From: Deltaproteobacteria bacterium | GTDB taxonomy: Bacteria > Desulfobacterota > Desulfobulbia > Desulfobulbales > SURF-16 | NCBI GenBank assembly: GCA_029933005.1 | Contig: JAOZOY010000005.1 | Coordinates: forward strand, 10,940 to 74,939 | Reading direction: 5' to 3' | Length of the DNA: 64,000 nucleotides | Shown: positions 9,691 to 19,585 of the stretch, piece after piece | How the letters are laid out: every line of letters begins with the position of its first letter | Position numbering within the stretch: the stretch's first letter is position 1 | The notes under the pieces: generated by a model | The model's database searches: none | Told to the model about the DNA's origin: nothing | What the model saw: the letters and a program-made list of their open reading frames with translations, nothing else | Translations under genes and position numbers: made by a program

Positions 9691-11301
9691 CAACTCATCA
9701 ATGACCCCTCGCAAATCATCCGGGCTAAACGGTTTGGTGAGGATATGATTCACGCCGACTTCATACGCCTCATCAAAATCCGGATTTTCGCTCTGGGTGG
9801 TGACCATAATAATAGGTAAATCTTCTTTGGAATAGAGAGCCCGAATGTTTCTGGTCAATTCAACACCGCTGATTTCCGGCATATTCAAATCCGTAAAAAT
9901 CAGATCCGGCTTCTGCTTCTTCACCTGTTCTATGGCCGAGGCCGGAAATTCAAAGAGCTGGGGTTCAGCACCGATTTCAAACAGGACATTTTTGTAAATT
10001 GACAGGATCATGCGCGAATCATCCACCGCATAAACCAGTTGTTTTGTTTCATCAGTCGTTTCACCCTGAATGAGGCGGTCCGCCAGCTCGGTATAGCCCC
10101 GTTTCCTAAACAACTTTTTAAATTGATTTCTGAGATCCGGATGGGCTCTGGTCGTCAAGAAATCAACTGCCAGTTTCTGAAATTCAGCTAAATCCGCCAC
10201 CAGCAGCACGATCTTATAGGCCTCAACATTTAAAAAGGCTGACACCACCCGCTCCGCCTCACTCCCGCCTGCCTGAATCATGTTCCGAATTCCGGCAACC
10301 AAGATATCCGTACAGTTTCTTTCAATGGCCCTGGCAGTGGCGATGCGGACATGATCCTCTATATCGGTCAATCCATTCGCCAGGACATAGGCCCCTTTTT
10401 CCAGGGGCATCATGCCCAGGGCTTCATAGGCGGCAAAACGGACATTGGCATTTTCAGGTTCATCATGGAGAAGATTACGAATGGCGTGAACAGCGCTGTC
10501 ATCACCGATAAAACCAAGAGTATTCAGGGTCAGCACCTGAAAATCAGGATCAGGATCGTCCAGATTTGCTGTCAAGGTTGGAATCGTCTTGGCTCCGATT
10601 AGAGTCAGTCTGCTCCGGGCGTGGTTGCGGATATGGGCATAGGGGGAACGGAGACTATCAGACAAGGCATCAAGGGCCAGTTGATCCTTGTGTTCGGCAA
10701 AGCCGTCAAGAATGAGCAGATCAAGATCACTGTCGGTTCCCATCCGTTCAGTGAGACATTGGACAGATTCGGGACGATCAATATTTGATAAAGCCTGGAT
10801 GGCGCCCACAACCAGTTCACGGTTACCGGAATAAAGATACTCACTGATTGTCGAAATCGATTCGGGACTGCCGATGGCGCCCAGAGCCGTCAGTGCCGCG
10901 CGGAGAAGCTCGAGATTTTTTGATTTATCAAGAATTTTCAACAGGGAAGGCACCGCCTTTTTCAGTTCCATCTCACCGGCGATTTCCGCAAGAATCCATT
11001 TGCTCGAATCCCCTCCGTCTTTCAGCAGATGAAGAAGATGTGCCGGCTTGTCCAGGCTGCTTTTCAAAAGAAGCGAGCGAATAACGAGGGAAGGCACCGC
11101 ATACTTTTTCCCGCAGGCAAGACAGGCCAGCAGTGACACTGCGGTATCCGTATCCGAACGGCTTAACTCGGTCAAGGCCATATTCTGCGATTTGCCGTCA
11201 AGAGCAGCAAAACAATCAGCCAGCAACCTTCCCTTGATCATGTCATCACTGGCAAGGACATGCTGCAACTCATCCAGAAAATCGTTTCCATTGTTTTGCA
11301 T
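9685..11301 (-). CDS. HEAT-repeat protein with a C-terminal receiver domain
   Basis: The N-terminal ~400 aa are helical repeats of the 'ALGAIGSPESI', 'ALSNIDRPESV' type (PBS-lyase HEAT-like). C-terminal REC motifs are 'LIFTDLNMPEISG' and 'ILTKPF'. Confidence 0.75.
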   Translation of the reverse strand: MQNNGNDFLDELQHVLASDDMIKGRLLADCFAALDGKSQNMALTELSRSDTDTAVSLLACLACGKKYAVPSLVIRSLLLKSSLDKPAHLLHLLKDGGDSSKWILAEIAGEMELKKAVPSLLKILDKSKNLELLRAALTALGAIGSPESISTISEYLYSGNRELVVGAIQALSNIDRPESVQCLTERMGTDSDLDLLILDGFAEHKDQLALDALSDSLRSPYAHIRNHARSRLTLIGAKTIPTLTANLDDPDPDFQVLTLNTLGFIGDDSAVHAIRNLLHDEPENANVRFAAYEALGMMPLEKGAYVLANGLTDIEDHVRIATARAIERNCTDILVAGIRNMIQAGGSEAERVVSAFLNVEAYKIVLLVADLAEFQKLAVDFLTTRAHPDLRNQFKKLFRKRGYTELADRLIQGETTDETKQLVYAVDDSRMILSIYKNVLFEIGAEPQLFEFPASAIEQVKKQKPDLIFTDLNMPEISGVELTRNIRALYSKEDLPIIMVTTQSENPDFDEAYEVGVNHILTKPFSPDDLRGVIDELI

Positions 11302-11303
11302 TA

Positions 11304-12134
11304 TTATTTGATTTGATAAAATATCGATTGATGATATTCGTGCCGCTCATAGAGATCACTGACTCCGTACAGCGATTCCGTGGAGCCGATCACCAGAACT
11401 CCAGCGGGATTGAGCTGGGCCGCAATACGGCTGAAGAGATTTTTTCTGTCTTCCATGCTGAAATAGATCGCCACATTACGGCAAAAAATGATATCAAATT
11501 TTCCCAGCCCGGTGAAAGGCTGCATGAGATTCTGTTTCCTGAAAAAAGTCATGGATCTAAGTTCGTCTTTGACCTGCCAGTTAGTTTTGTTCGGGACAAA
11601 ATATTTGTTTAATAAATTTTGAGGCATACCGCGGCCGATTTCAAACTGGGAATAATTCCCCCGGCTGGATTGGACAATGGCTGAATCCGAAATATCCGTG
11701 CCGACAATTTTGATCCTGTATTTGGTGATATTTGCTTTCAGTAATTCATGGAGGCAGATAGCAATGGAATAGGCCTCCTGGCCGGTAGAACTGGCCGAAC
11801 TCCATATATTGATATTTTTACCCAGCGGGGCCTTGTCCAGCCGGTCAAGCAGATCGGGTAAAATTTTAAATTTCAGAAGGTCAAAGGGTTTCGTATCCCT
11901 GAAAAAGGAAGTCTCATTGGTACTCATGGCATCAATGAGTTTATTAGCCAACACTTTTGTCCGGTCTTGGCTGACCTGATTGTATAGATCCTGAAAATTT
12001 CCACAGCCAAGCTCGGTAATAAGCGGCATCAGCCTGCTTTCCAGCAGATACGCCTTGCTTTGATCCAGGACAATGCCGCATTGCTCATAAACAAACGCGG
12101 CGATAAGCTGAAGTTCCCTCGGGCTGATCTTCAC
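11304..12134 (-). CDS. cheR: Chemotaxis protein methyltransferase CheR
   Basis: 'ETSFFRDTKPF' and the SAM-binding motif 'IWSSASSTGQEAYSIA'. Confidence 0.92.
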   Translation of the reverse strand: MKISPRELQLIAAFVYEQCGIVLDQSKAYLLESRLMPLITELGCGNFQDLYNQVSQDRTKVLANKLIDAMSTNETSFFRDTKPFDLLKFKILPDLLDRLDKAPLGKNINIWSSASSTGQEAYSIAICLHELLKANITKYRIKIVGTDISDSAIVQSSRGNYSQFEIGRGMPQNLLNKYFVPNKTNWQVKDELRSMTFFRKQNLMQPFTGLGKFDIIFCRNVAIYFSMEDRKNLFSRIAAQLNPAGVLVIGSTESLYGVSDLYERHEYHQSIFYQIK

Positions 12135-13216
12135 TGCTGCACCATCCTGACGATTTCCGGCGCAATCCGTGCCAATGGCAGAACAACATCAGTCACTCCG
12201 GCCTTGACCGCCTCCATGGGCATGCCATAGACTACGCAAGTCTCTTTATCCTGACCAATGACTCTGGCGCCGCGTCGTTTCATAAGACGCAGGCCAAGAA
12301 CTCCGTCTGACCCCATACCGGTCATGATCACGCCCAGGGCCCGGTTGTCGTAGAGTTTTGACACCGAACGGAACAGATAATCGGCGGCGGGCCGACAATG
12401 ATTTTCCGGCGGGTCATCGGTCAAGTCGACAGCTATGCCGCCGGCTCGGCGCGTGAGCCTCATCTGCCTGCCGCCGGGAGCAATATAGACGCGTCCGGCT
12501 TGAATTAATTCGTCCTGTTCCGCCTCCTTGACCTGCACCGCGCTTTTCTTGTCAAGGGAATCGGCCATAGCCTTGGTAAAAACCGGCGGCATGTGTTGGA
12601 CAATGACCACGGGTACCCGCAAAGTTTTGGGAAGAAGAGGAATCATGACAGCCAGGGCATTAGGGCCACCCGTGGAAATCCCCACCACCACGATGTCAAT
12701 ATGTCTTGCCGGTTTTAGTGGGGCGGCAGGGGATGGAATAGTCACCACCGCCTTTTTTTTGGGAAGTGGAGTTGGCGTTGCCTTGCGCAGCGTTCGGGAT
12801 AGAATCCTTCGGGTCGTTACAGACTGAATCACAGGTTTAAGCTGTTTGAGGAGAGCCTCCCTGTTCTGCTCCAGAGAACCACCGGACGGTTTGGCAATAA
12901 AGTCATAGGCGCCAAGTTCCAGAGCTTCCATGGTGACTGCGGCGCCGGCGCTGGTATGAGCGCTTACCATGACCACCGCCACATCGGATTTTTTCTTCTT
13001 CAATTCCCGCAAAGTCTGCAGGCCGTCCATGACCGGCATCTCAAAATCCAGGGTCACGAGATCCGGCCGCAACTGCTCGATCTTGTTCAGGCCGATTTTG
13101 CCATTGCCGGCCGAACCGACAACTTTCACGTTGGGAATCCGGGCGAGAACCTCCGTCAGCGCTTTTCGATAAAGCACTGTATCGTCCACCACCAGAACAC
13201 GGATTTTTTTATTCAT
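12131..13216 (-). CDS. cheB: Protein-glutamate methylesterase/glutaminase CheB (REC plus esterase)
   Basis: REC 'VLVVDDTVLYR...LDFEMPVMDG'. Esterase motifs 'GISTGGPNAL', 'QHMPPVFT', 'GMGSDG'. The gene overlaps cheR by 4 nt. Confidence 0.93.
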   Translation of the reverse strand: MNKKIRVLVVDDTVLYRKALTEVLARIPNVKVVGSAGNGKIGLNKIEQLRPDLVTLDFEMPVMDGLQTLRELKKKKSDVAVVMVSAHTSAGAAVTMEALELGAYDFIAKPSGGSLEQNREALLKQLKPVIQSVTTRRILSRTLRKATPTPLPKKKAVVTIPSPAAPLKPARHIDIVVVGISTGGPNALAVMIPLLPKTLRVPVVIVQHMPPVFTKAMADSLDKKSAVQVKEAEQDELIQAGRVYIAPGGRQMRLTRRAGGIAVDLTDDPPENHCRPAADYLFRSVSKLYDNRALGVIMTGMGSDGVLGLRLMKRRGARVIGQDKETCVVYGMPMEAVKAGVTDVVLPLARIAPEIVRMVQQ

Positions 13217-13219
13217 TTT

Positions 13220-13291
13220 GGTCTTGTAGGTCCGGTTGGTCTTGTAGGTCTGGTTAGTCTTGCTGGTTTTAACTAATCAGACTAATGAGAC
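13220..13291. repeat. 9-bp-periodic array between the hybrid-kinase stop and the cheB start
   Basis: Plus-strand units ggtcttgta, ggtccggtt, ggtcttgta, ggtctggtt, agtcttgct, ggttttaac, taatcagac, taatgagac. On the coding strand this reads ...aaccagacc tacaagacc aaccggacc tacaagacc aaa ATG(cheB). Confidence 0.85.
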
Positions 13292-15027
13292 CGTTTCTGC
13301 AGAATTTCATTCAGCTTATCCCTCTCAATGGGCTTGGTCAAAAATCCATTCATGCCACTGTCATAACATTTCTGCTCATCCTCTTTTCGGGCATGGGCGG
13401 TCAGTCCGACAATCTCAACAGGATCAATACCGGCAAGGCCGGCATATTTGATCCGGGCGGATGTTGCCTCAATCTCCCGGATTTTTCGGGTGGCTTCATG
13501 ACCATCCATTTTTGGCATCTGAACATCCATCAGGATCAAATCAAATTGAAATTGCCTCAACTTTTCAAGGGCCTGGAAGCCGTCTCCGGCAACATCAACC
13601 TCACAGCCCTGCCTCTTGACCAGCAGGGTCGCAAGTTTCTGATTCACCAGATTATCCTCGACAACCAGGACCCGGAGTTTTCTTTTCACCTCATCGCCTG
13701 ATTCCGCTGTCACGATTTTCGGCGCTTCAGACGGAGCTTCATCAACCGCCTTTGGCAGTGAAATGACAAAAAAGAAGGTGCTGCCCTTTCCCTCCGCGCT
13801 TTCAAGCTGAACTTCGCCATGCATTAATTCTACGAGCTGGCAGGAGATAGATAACCCCAATCCCGTGCCGCCGTATTTCCTGGTGGTTGAACCGTCGGCC
13901 TGGGTAAATTTTTCAAAAATAGCAGCTTGGCGATCCGGCGGGATACCTATGCCGCTGTCACTGACAGCAAAACGAATGGCGAACCTGTCTCCTTCCTGTT
14001 TGACAAAATCAGCCAGAACATCAACCGTGCCATTCTTGGTAAATTTCATGGCATTACCGGTCAAATTGATCAAAACCTGGCGTAAACGATTTTCATCCCC
14101 CATAAATTTGGCCGGCAGTTTTTGATCCTGAACAAACATCACCTTATTATTTTTATCCAGGGCCTGGGAACGGAACATGTCGGTTACGCTTTTTAATAGA
14201 CCATGTAAATCAAAGGGAATCTCTTCAAGATCAAGCTTGCCGGCCTCAATTTTAGCCAGGTCAAGGATATCATTTATGAGTACCAGCAGACTTGCAGATG
14301 ACTTGCGAATGGTCTCGACAAAATCAGCCTGCTCTTCATCGAGACTGGATTCGGCCAACAGGCCGGCAAAACCAATAATAGCATTCATGGGTGTACGGAG
14401 TTCATGACTCATATTAGCCAGAAACTCGCCTTTCATACGGCTGGCTTCCTCCAAGCGAATATTAGCCTCTCGCAGTTCCCTGGTCTGCCGGGCGATCTCG
14501 CTTTCCAGCTTTCTGGCATATTCTTTTTCCTTTTCCTGAATACGCTGATACTGCTCGTAATTTTCATCAATCAACTTCTGGTGCTGTAGCCCCAGTCCCT
14601 TGATGTGCCGCTGAAGCTGTCTGTTTTCAATTACTGTTTCCTGATTGATTCGATTCAGCAGAGCCAGCTGAATCGTGTTCACAAAACCGTCCCGTGTGAA
14701 GGAATCAACCAGCAGATCATCAGTTAATTGCGGCAGTTGAAAGAGAAGGATTGTTTCACTTCCGGGCAGCCTGTAACCATAGAACCGTTGTCCATCCCGT
14801 TCAAAACTGATCAAGGTATGCGCCCGGCGAGCATCGGCAAGAAGCCGGCTGCGGACTTCGGGCTCAATATTAAAATTTTCAGGTAGACTGCAGATCCTTC
14901 CGTGGTCATCACAGAGCTGAAAAAAACCTTCCGGGACCAAAGCCTGTAGAGGCTCAAGAACAACACGCAGTTCCGCAAGGTCGTCAGCTAAATCTTCGAA
15001 TATTCCGTCAATCTGTTCGTCAAACAT
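13282..15027 (-). CDS. Hybrid sensor histidine kinase / response regulator
   Basis: H-box 'MSHELRTPMNAIIG', N 'NLTGNAMKFT', G1 'DSGIGI', G2 'GGTGLGLSI'. REC motifs 'VLVVEDNLVNQ...LMDVQMPKMDG'. Confidence 0.9.
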   Translation of the reverse strand: MFDEQIDGIFEDLADDLAELRVVLEPLQALVPEGFFQLCDDHGRICSLPENFNIEPEVRSRLLADARRAHTLISFERDGQRFYGYRLPGSETILLFQLPQLTDDLLVDSFTRDGFVNTIQLALLNRINQETVIENRQLQRHIKGLGLQHQKLIDENYEQYQRIQEKEKEYARKLESEIARQTRELREANIRLEEASRMKGEFLANMSHELRTPMNAIIGFAGLLAESSLDEEQADFVETIRKSSASLLVLINDILDLAKIEAGKLDLEEIPFDLHGLLKSVTDMFRSQALDKNNKVMFVQDQKLPAKFMGDENRLRQVLINLTGNAMKFTKNGTVDVLADFVKQEGDRFAIRFAVSDSGIGIPPDRQAAIFEKFTQADGSTTRKYGGTGLGLSISCQLVELMHGEVQLESAEGKGSTFFFVISLPKAVDEAPSEAPKIVTAESGDEVKRKLRVLVVEDNLVNQKLATLLVKRQGCEVDVAGDGFQALEKLRQFQFDLILMDVQMPKMDGHEATRKIREIEATSARIKYAGLAGIDPVEIVGLTAHARKEDEQKCYDSGMNGFLTKPIERDKLNEILQKRSH

Positions 15028-15029
15028 AG

Positions 15030-15887
15030 TTAAACCGTTTTCTCGATCGGTCCATAAAGCTCTTTTGCCTTTTTCATCTCTCCGGGCAGAGCTTTAACTA
15101 AAATTTTATATTCTGGCATCATATCCTTGACATGGGGAACAAGATAGGATTGGAGAGGAATTTGATAGTCCGGCAGGGGGCCATATTTCATTTTACAGGC
15201 AAGATATTCGGCAATATGGAGAATGCTGGGAATGCTTGGAATTGCAAATTTTTTCGTACTGCCACTATGACTTTTTACAGCATCAAGAACTTCCTCGGAA
15301 AGTTTCCATTCTCTGCAAAGCAACCCGCCAATCTTAGAATGATTGGTGCCAATCACTTCATTTTCACATTCCACCAGAGACTTGTCGTCTTGATAGAACA
15401 TATCGCAAGCTACACGTAACTGTTCAGATACAAGCTGATCCTCGACAATCAGGCCGATATCATGAATGATACCGGCCAGGAAAATATCTTCGTCATCCAA
15501 AGCGAATATACGCTGGCCAATCATCTGAGCCAGGATGGCGACCGTAGCGGAATGCATCCACAATATCTGCCGGGAAAACCCCTGCTCTCCACTTTTATTG
15601 TTATAGAGATCGCGGATGGCCTCCACCGCCACCAGGTTACGCAGATTTTTCATACCGATAAAGACCACTGCCTTGGCAATGGAATCTACCTTGTTAGCCA
15701 GTCCGAAAAAAGGACTGTTGACCAGCTTGAGCAGCCGCACGACCAGGATCGGATCAAGCTTGATTACCTCCTCGAAATCCTGCATTGTGGTTGATTCCGA
15801 GCTGATCATTTTCGTCAGCCGGATCGCCACATGGGGCAGTGTTTTCATATCATTAAATTTATTGACTAATTCCTTGGCGGAAGGCAT
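15030..15887 (-). CDS. HDOD-domain signalling protein
   Basis: 'LPHVAIRL', 'HSATVA' and 'GIIHDIGL' fit the HDOD family. The start is set at the ATG (15887, 'MPSAKEL'). The track's longer start at 15944 overlaps a GAACCACGAAT repeat copy. Confidence 0.75.
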   Translation of the reverse strand: MPSAKELVNKFNDMKTLPHVAIRLTKMISSESTTMQDFEEVIKLDPILVVRLLKLVNSPFFGLANKVDSIAKAVVFIGMKNLRNLVAVEAIRDLYNNKSGEQGFSRQILWMHSATVAILAQMIGQRIFALDDEDIFLAGIIHDIGLIVEDQLVSEQLRVACDMFYQDDKSLVECENEVIGTNHSKIGGLLCREWKLSEEVLDAVKSHSGSTKKFAIPSIPSILHIAEYLACKMKYGPLPDYQIPLQSYLVPHVKDMMPEYKILVKALPGEMKKAKELYGPIEKTV

Positions 15888-16147
15888 GATTGTTTTACGA
15901 CTCCTTGTTAAAAAATCAGGCTGTAGGCTGTAAAAAAGAACCACGAATAGACACTAGGTCGCATTAATTTTTCTGTAATTATTCATGTTTGTTATAATTC
16001 ATTTTTGTAACTTCCCGATAAGTAGTGGTATACCGACAACCTCCCCTTTTTTAAAAGAGGGATTAAGGGAGATTTTTTCCAGATCGCCGCCAGTTATTGA
16101 GAAATTACTCATTATTGATTCGAAAAAATAACTATAATTTCAGACAA

Positions 16148-16471
16148 CTACTTCAACGTACTTAATTCACTGACCATGGACTCCAGTGCGGGAAGATGGC
16201 TTAATGCGCCGTCGAGGTCGCCGGCATTCCCTTTTTTTTCCATATCATAGGCCACATCACGTAAACCGGCCAGGCCAAGACTAGCGGAAGCGCCTTTAAT
16301 GCTGTGGGCAGCCTCGCCAACTGCCGTGGCATCTCCGGCATCGGCAGCCTTTCTAATTTTGTCAAGATCACTTTCAGACGATAGGCACAGTAAATCAAGT
16401 AATTCCCCCAACAGCTCCTCATCTTCCCCGGATTGCTCAAATGCAAAATTACGATCCCATTGTAATGACAT
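16148..16471 (-). CDS. Hpt (histidine phosphotransfer) domain protein
   Basis: 107 aa with 'AAHSIKGASASLG', the Hpt phospho-His motif. Confidence 0.8.
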   Translation of the reverse strand: MSLQWDRNFAFEQSGEDEELLGELLDLLCLSSESDLDKIRKAADAGDATAVGEAAHSIKGASASLGLAGLRDVAYDMEKKGNAGDLDGALSHLPALESMVSELSTLK

Positions 16472-16626
16472 TATTCACCTCTGGACTCAAATTGACTATC
16501 AGACATTGGTTACAAAATAATTACTCTCATAATTCTAGCAAAAAAAAATATCTGATGACTACTTTTTATTATAAATTGTTCTTTTTTTCGACGTCCATGC
16601 CAATAATATCGTCTGGGATGTCTCGT

Positions 16627-17262
16627 TTATCGGCCTTCACCGCAGGTGGCTAGAATTTTTAGAATCAAATTAGTGGGAATTGCCCCGGGTCGGACAATGA
16701 GAGGACGGCCGTTCCGGCAGGTCATGATGGTTGATTCCCGGCCGGTTGCCAGATGATCAAAAGGAATAAGCAGATCAATATCAGACAGCTGGTGTCTGAT
16801 ATCCGCCGCGCAACAAACAGCAGGATGACCTGAAATATTGGCACTGGTGGCGGTGACTGGAAAACCGCAGGTATGAACCAATGCCTGGGCCACGGGATGT
16901 GATGAAATTCTGGCCCCGACATCACCGGTATCGGCGGTGAGCAATGATGGTAATTGCTCCAGAGCCGGGAAAAGAAGAGTCAGGGGGCCGGGCCAGAATT
17001 CTTCGATAAGAGGCTGGTAAAGAGCAGGGGTCTCCCTTGCCAGCAGGGACAGTTGTCCAACATTTTCGACAAGGGTCAAAATCGGTTTATCAAAAGAGCG
17101 TTTTTTGACCTGAAAAAGACGTTGCAGGGCCTTCGGATTAAAAGGATCAACAGCCAGGCCATAATAGGTCTCGGTGGGAAAGGCCACAACCCCGCCCTCC
17201 TTGATGATAACAGCAGCCCGACTGATGAGTTGTAATAGTTCATCGGCACCCCATCTGCGCAC
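16627..17262 (-). CDS. tsaC: L-threonylcarbamoyladenylate synthase (Sua5/YrdC/YwlC family)
   Basis: 'VVAFPTETYYGLAVDP' and 'TSANISGHP'. Confidence 0.85.
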   Translation of the reverse strand: MRRWGADELLQLISRAAVIIKEGGVVAFPTETYYGLAVDPFNPKALQRLFQVKKRSFDKPILTLVENVGQLSLLARETPALYQPLIEEFWPGPLTLLFPALEQLPSLLTADTGDVGARISSHPVAQALVHTCGFPVTATSANISGHPAVCCAADIRHQLSDIDLLIPFDHLATGRESTIMTCRNGRPLIVRPGAIPTNLILKILATCGEGR

Positions 17263-17468
17263 GATCAGGTCTCCTCACATAGCTTACTAGTAATCGTTCA
17301 GCACCTCACGGAGTCTTCGCTGTACTCCACTTACCTGTGCACATCTGGAGCGCCCCGAAGGAAGTGCCCTTGGGGTGTACCGGTGAACTGATATTACATG
17401 ACCAGAGTTGTTCAAATTTATCAGCTTTTGGCAAACTGTTATGATGAGTTTATTCTGGTTTTCAGAGC

Positions 17469-19247
17469 CTAACTGCGAAACTGAGCAGCAACTTTGGCGG
17501 CCTTTTTATCAACCGCCTCAGCCATTTCCTTCTTCAAATCCTGCAGTTTAGCGGCAAGGGCCTGATCAGAAACGCCCATGATCTGGGCCGCCAGGATCGC
17601 TCCGTTTTTCGCGCCTGACTTGCCGATACCCATGGTGGCAACGGGCACGCCGGGAGGCATTTGTACCGTGGCCAGCAGGGCGTCAAGTCCGTTCAGGGAC
17701 GAAGAGTCAATGGGCACACCGATGACGGGCAGGGTGGTATGAGCTGCCAGTACACCGGCCAGATGGGCGGCCATGCCGGCTCCGGCAATAATAAGCTTCA
17801 AGCCCCGCTGCCGGGCGGTAGAGGCATAGGCTGAAGCCCGTTCCGGGGTACGGTGGGCCGAGGCCACGGTCACTTCAAATGGAATTTCCATTTTTTTAAA
17901 AAAATCAATAGCTGCCTGCATCACCGGCAGATCGGAATCACTACCCATGACAATGCCCACCACGGGTTTTTCTTTTTGACGATTGAGAGCCTTGCGGCCG
18001 ATATCCCTGCGGAAATAACAATCCTGCCAGTGAATCATTTCAACAGTTTCATATGCGGCGGCAATGGCCTCAGGCAAGGTATCACCCAAAGCGGTGATGC
18101 CAAGCACCCTGCCGCCTACATTAACAATTTTGCCATTCTTCTCGCCGGTGCCGGCATGAAAAACAACGACATTTTCCTGTTCCGCCGCCTTTTTAAGACC
18201 ATGGATCACGTATCCTTTTTCATAGGAACCAGGATAGCCGCCCGATGCCATGGCCACGCAGACTGCGGGCCGGGGATCAATATCCAATTCGATTTCATCC
18301 AGCCGCCCGTCAATGACCGCCTCCATGATATCCACCAGATCACTGCGCAACCGCATCAGCAGAGGTTGTGCCTCGGGATCGCCAAACCGGCAGTTAAACT
18401 CCAGGACTTTGGCAACACCATCATTAATCATCAAACCTGCATACAGGATACCCTTGTATGGTCTGCCCTCCGCCGCCATGGCCTTAACCGTGGGCAGCAT
18501 GATCCGCTTCATAACCTGTTGATGTAGATCTTCCGTGACCACCGGCGCCGGGGAATAGGCCCCCATACCGCCGGTGTTTGGCCCTTTATCGCCATCAAAA
18601 ATAGCTTTATGATCCTGGGAGGTAGGTAGCGGCATGATGGTTTTGCCATCGGTAAAAGCCAGAAAGGAGGCTTCCTCGCCGACCAGAAATTCTTCAATAA
18701 CAACCCGGCTGCCGGCCTCGCCAAAAGCCATGTCCGCCATAATAAGCTTAACTGCCTCCCTTGCTTCATCAAGATCCTGGGCTAGAATGACCCCCTTGCC
18801 TGCCGCAAGTCCGTCTGCTTTGATAACAAGAGGAGCAGAAATTGTATCCAGATAAGCAAGGGCCGCCTGTTGCTCTTCAAATACCTTATATTCCCCCGAC
18901 GGGATATGATATTTAGCCAAAAGATCCTTGCTGAAAACCTTGCTGCCCTCGAGTATGGCTCCCCGTTTGTCAGGTCCGAAAATTCGCAGACCTTCGGCGA
19001 TGAAACGATCCACAACCCCCATGGCCAGAGAGTTTTCCGGGCCGACCACGGTGAGCCCGATTTTTTCTTTTTTTGCAAAGTCAACGAGTCGGTCAATATC
19101 CGAAGCGCTGATATTTACACATTGAGCCTGTCCGGCAATTCCGGCATTACCGGGCGCGCAATAAATTTTACTCATTCTGTTGCTCTGAGCTAACTTCCAG
19201 ACCAGTGCATGTTCTCTTCCACCGGAGCCGATGACTAAAATCTTCAT
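17469..19247 (-). CDS. purD: Fusion protein: phosphoribosylamine-glycine ligase (PurD) plus N5-CAIR mutase (PurE)
   Basis: The N-terminus '[15 protein letters not shown]' and ATP-grasp body fit PurD. The C-terminal ~165 aa ('[13 protein letters not shown]', 'ASAHRTPE', '[13 protein letters not shown]') fit PurE. Confidence 0.9.
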   Translation of the reverse strand: MKILVIGSGGREHALVWKLAQSNRMSKIYCAPGNAGIAGQAQCVNISASDIDRLVDFAKKEKIGLTVVGPENSLAMGVVDRFIAEGLRIFGPDKRGAILEGSKVFSKDLLAKYHIPSGEYKVFEEQQAALAYLDTISAPLVIKADGLAAGKGVILAQDLDEAREAVKLIMADMAFGEAGSRVVIEEFLVGEEASFLAFTDGKTIMPLPTSQDHKAIFDGDKGPNTGGMGAYSPAPVVTEDLHQQVMKRIMLPTVKAMAAEGRPYKGILYAGLMINDGVAKVLEFNCRFGDPEAQPLLMRLRSDLVDIMEAVIDGRLDEIELDIDPRPAVCVAMASGGYPGSYEKGYVIHGLKKAAEQENVVVFHAGTGEKNGKIVNVGGRVLGITALGDTLPEAIAAAYETVEMIHWQDCYFRRDIGRKALNRQKEKPVVGIVMGSDSDLPVMQAAIDFFKKMEIPFEVTVASAHRTPERASAYASTARQRGLKLIIAGAGMAAHLAGVLAAHTTLPVIGVPIDSSSLNGLDALLATVQMPPGVPVATMGIGKSGAKNGAILAAQIMGVSDQALAAKLQDLKKEMAEAVDKKAAKVAAQFRS

Positions 19248-19378
19248 GGAACAATCTCCTTTTTATTTATGTCTATATTTTTGAAAAAAGACACTAATCA
19301 GACCGCGCCCTTTTTGTCAAGAATTGGATCAAATTTTAAAAAAGTACGCAACATATTGCTTTGCGGTGTCTTTTTCTC

Positions 19379-19431
19379 TTGACACCTGGAAAAACCGTTC
19401 CTAGTATGTACAAAAATGAATCATCATTCAT
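19379..19431 (+). promoter_or_regulatory. Sigma70-like promoter followed by a palindromic operator upstream of the TetR gene
   Basis: TTGACA (19379-19384), a 17-nt spacer, then TAGTAT (19402-19407). The palindrome ATGAAT-catc-ATTCAT lies at 19416-19431. Confidence 0.5.
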
Positions 19432-19585
19432 AAATGTGTCTGCCATCTTTTTCCTTGTAAACAGGAAATAAGTTTTCGGCCCCATCCAGCAGAGGGACTT
19501 CAATTACCATTCAACGAGCAAAACGTTGAATCCCAAAAAATGACAAACTTTCGGGTGAAACAGAACAGAATCCAGAGAAGATAAA

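Noticed and set aside
3082-13291. Whether the 9-bp arrays could be a CRISPR array
   Set aside because: The units are only 9 bp, contiguous and degenerate, with no unique spacers. No cas genes are present.
17341-17390. SRP (4.5S) RNA-like string 'CCCCGAAGGAAGTGCCCTTGG'
   Set aside because: It resembles the conserved GGAAGGAAGCAGCCAAGG only superficially. It lacks the GNRA tetraloop context and the AGCA loop, and the segment folds as a simple local hairpin.
17853-18527. 224-aa plus-strand ORF inside purD
   Set aside because: It is antisense to a strongly supported PurD coding region.
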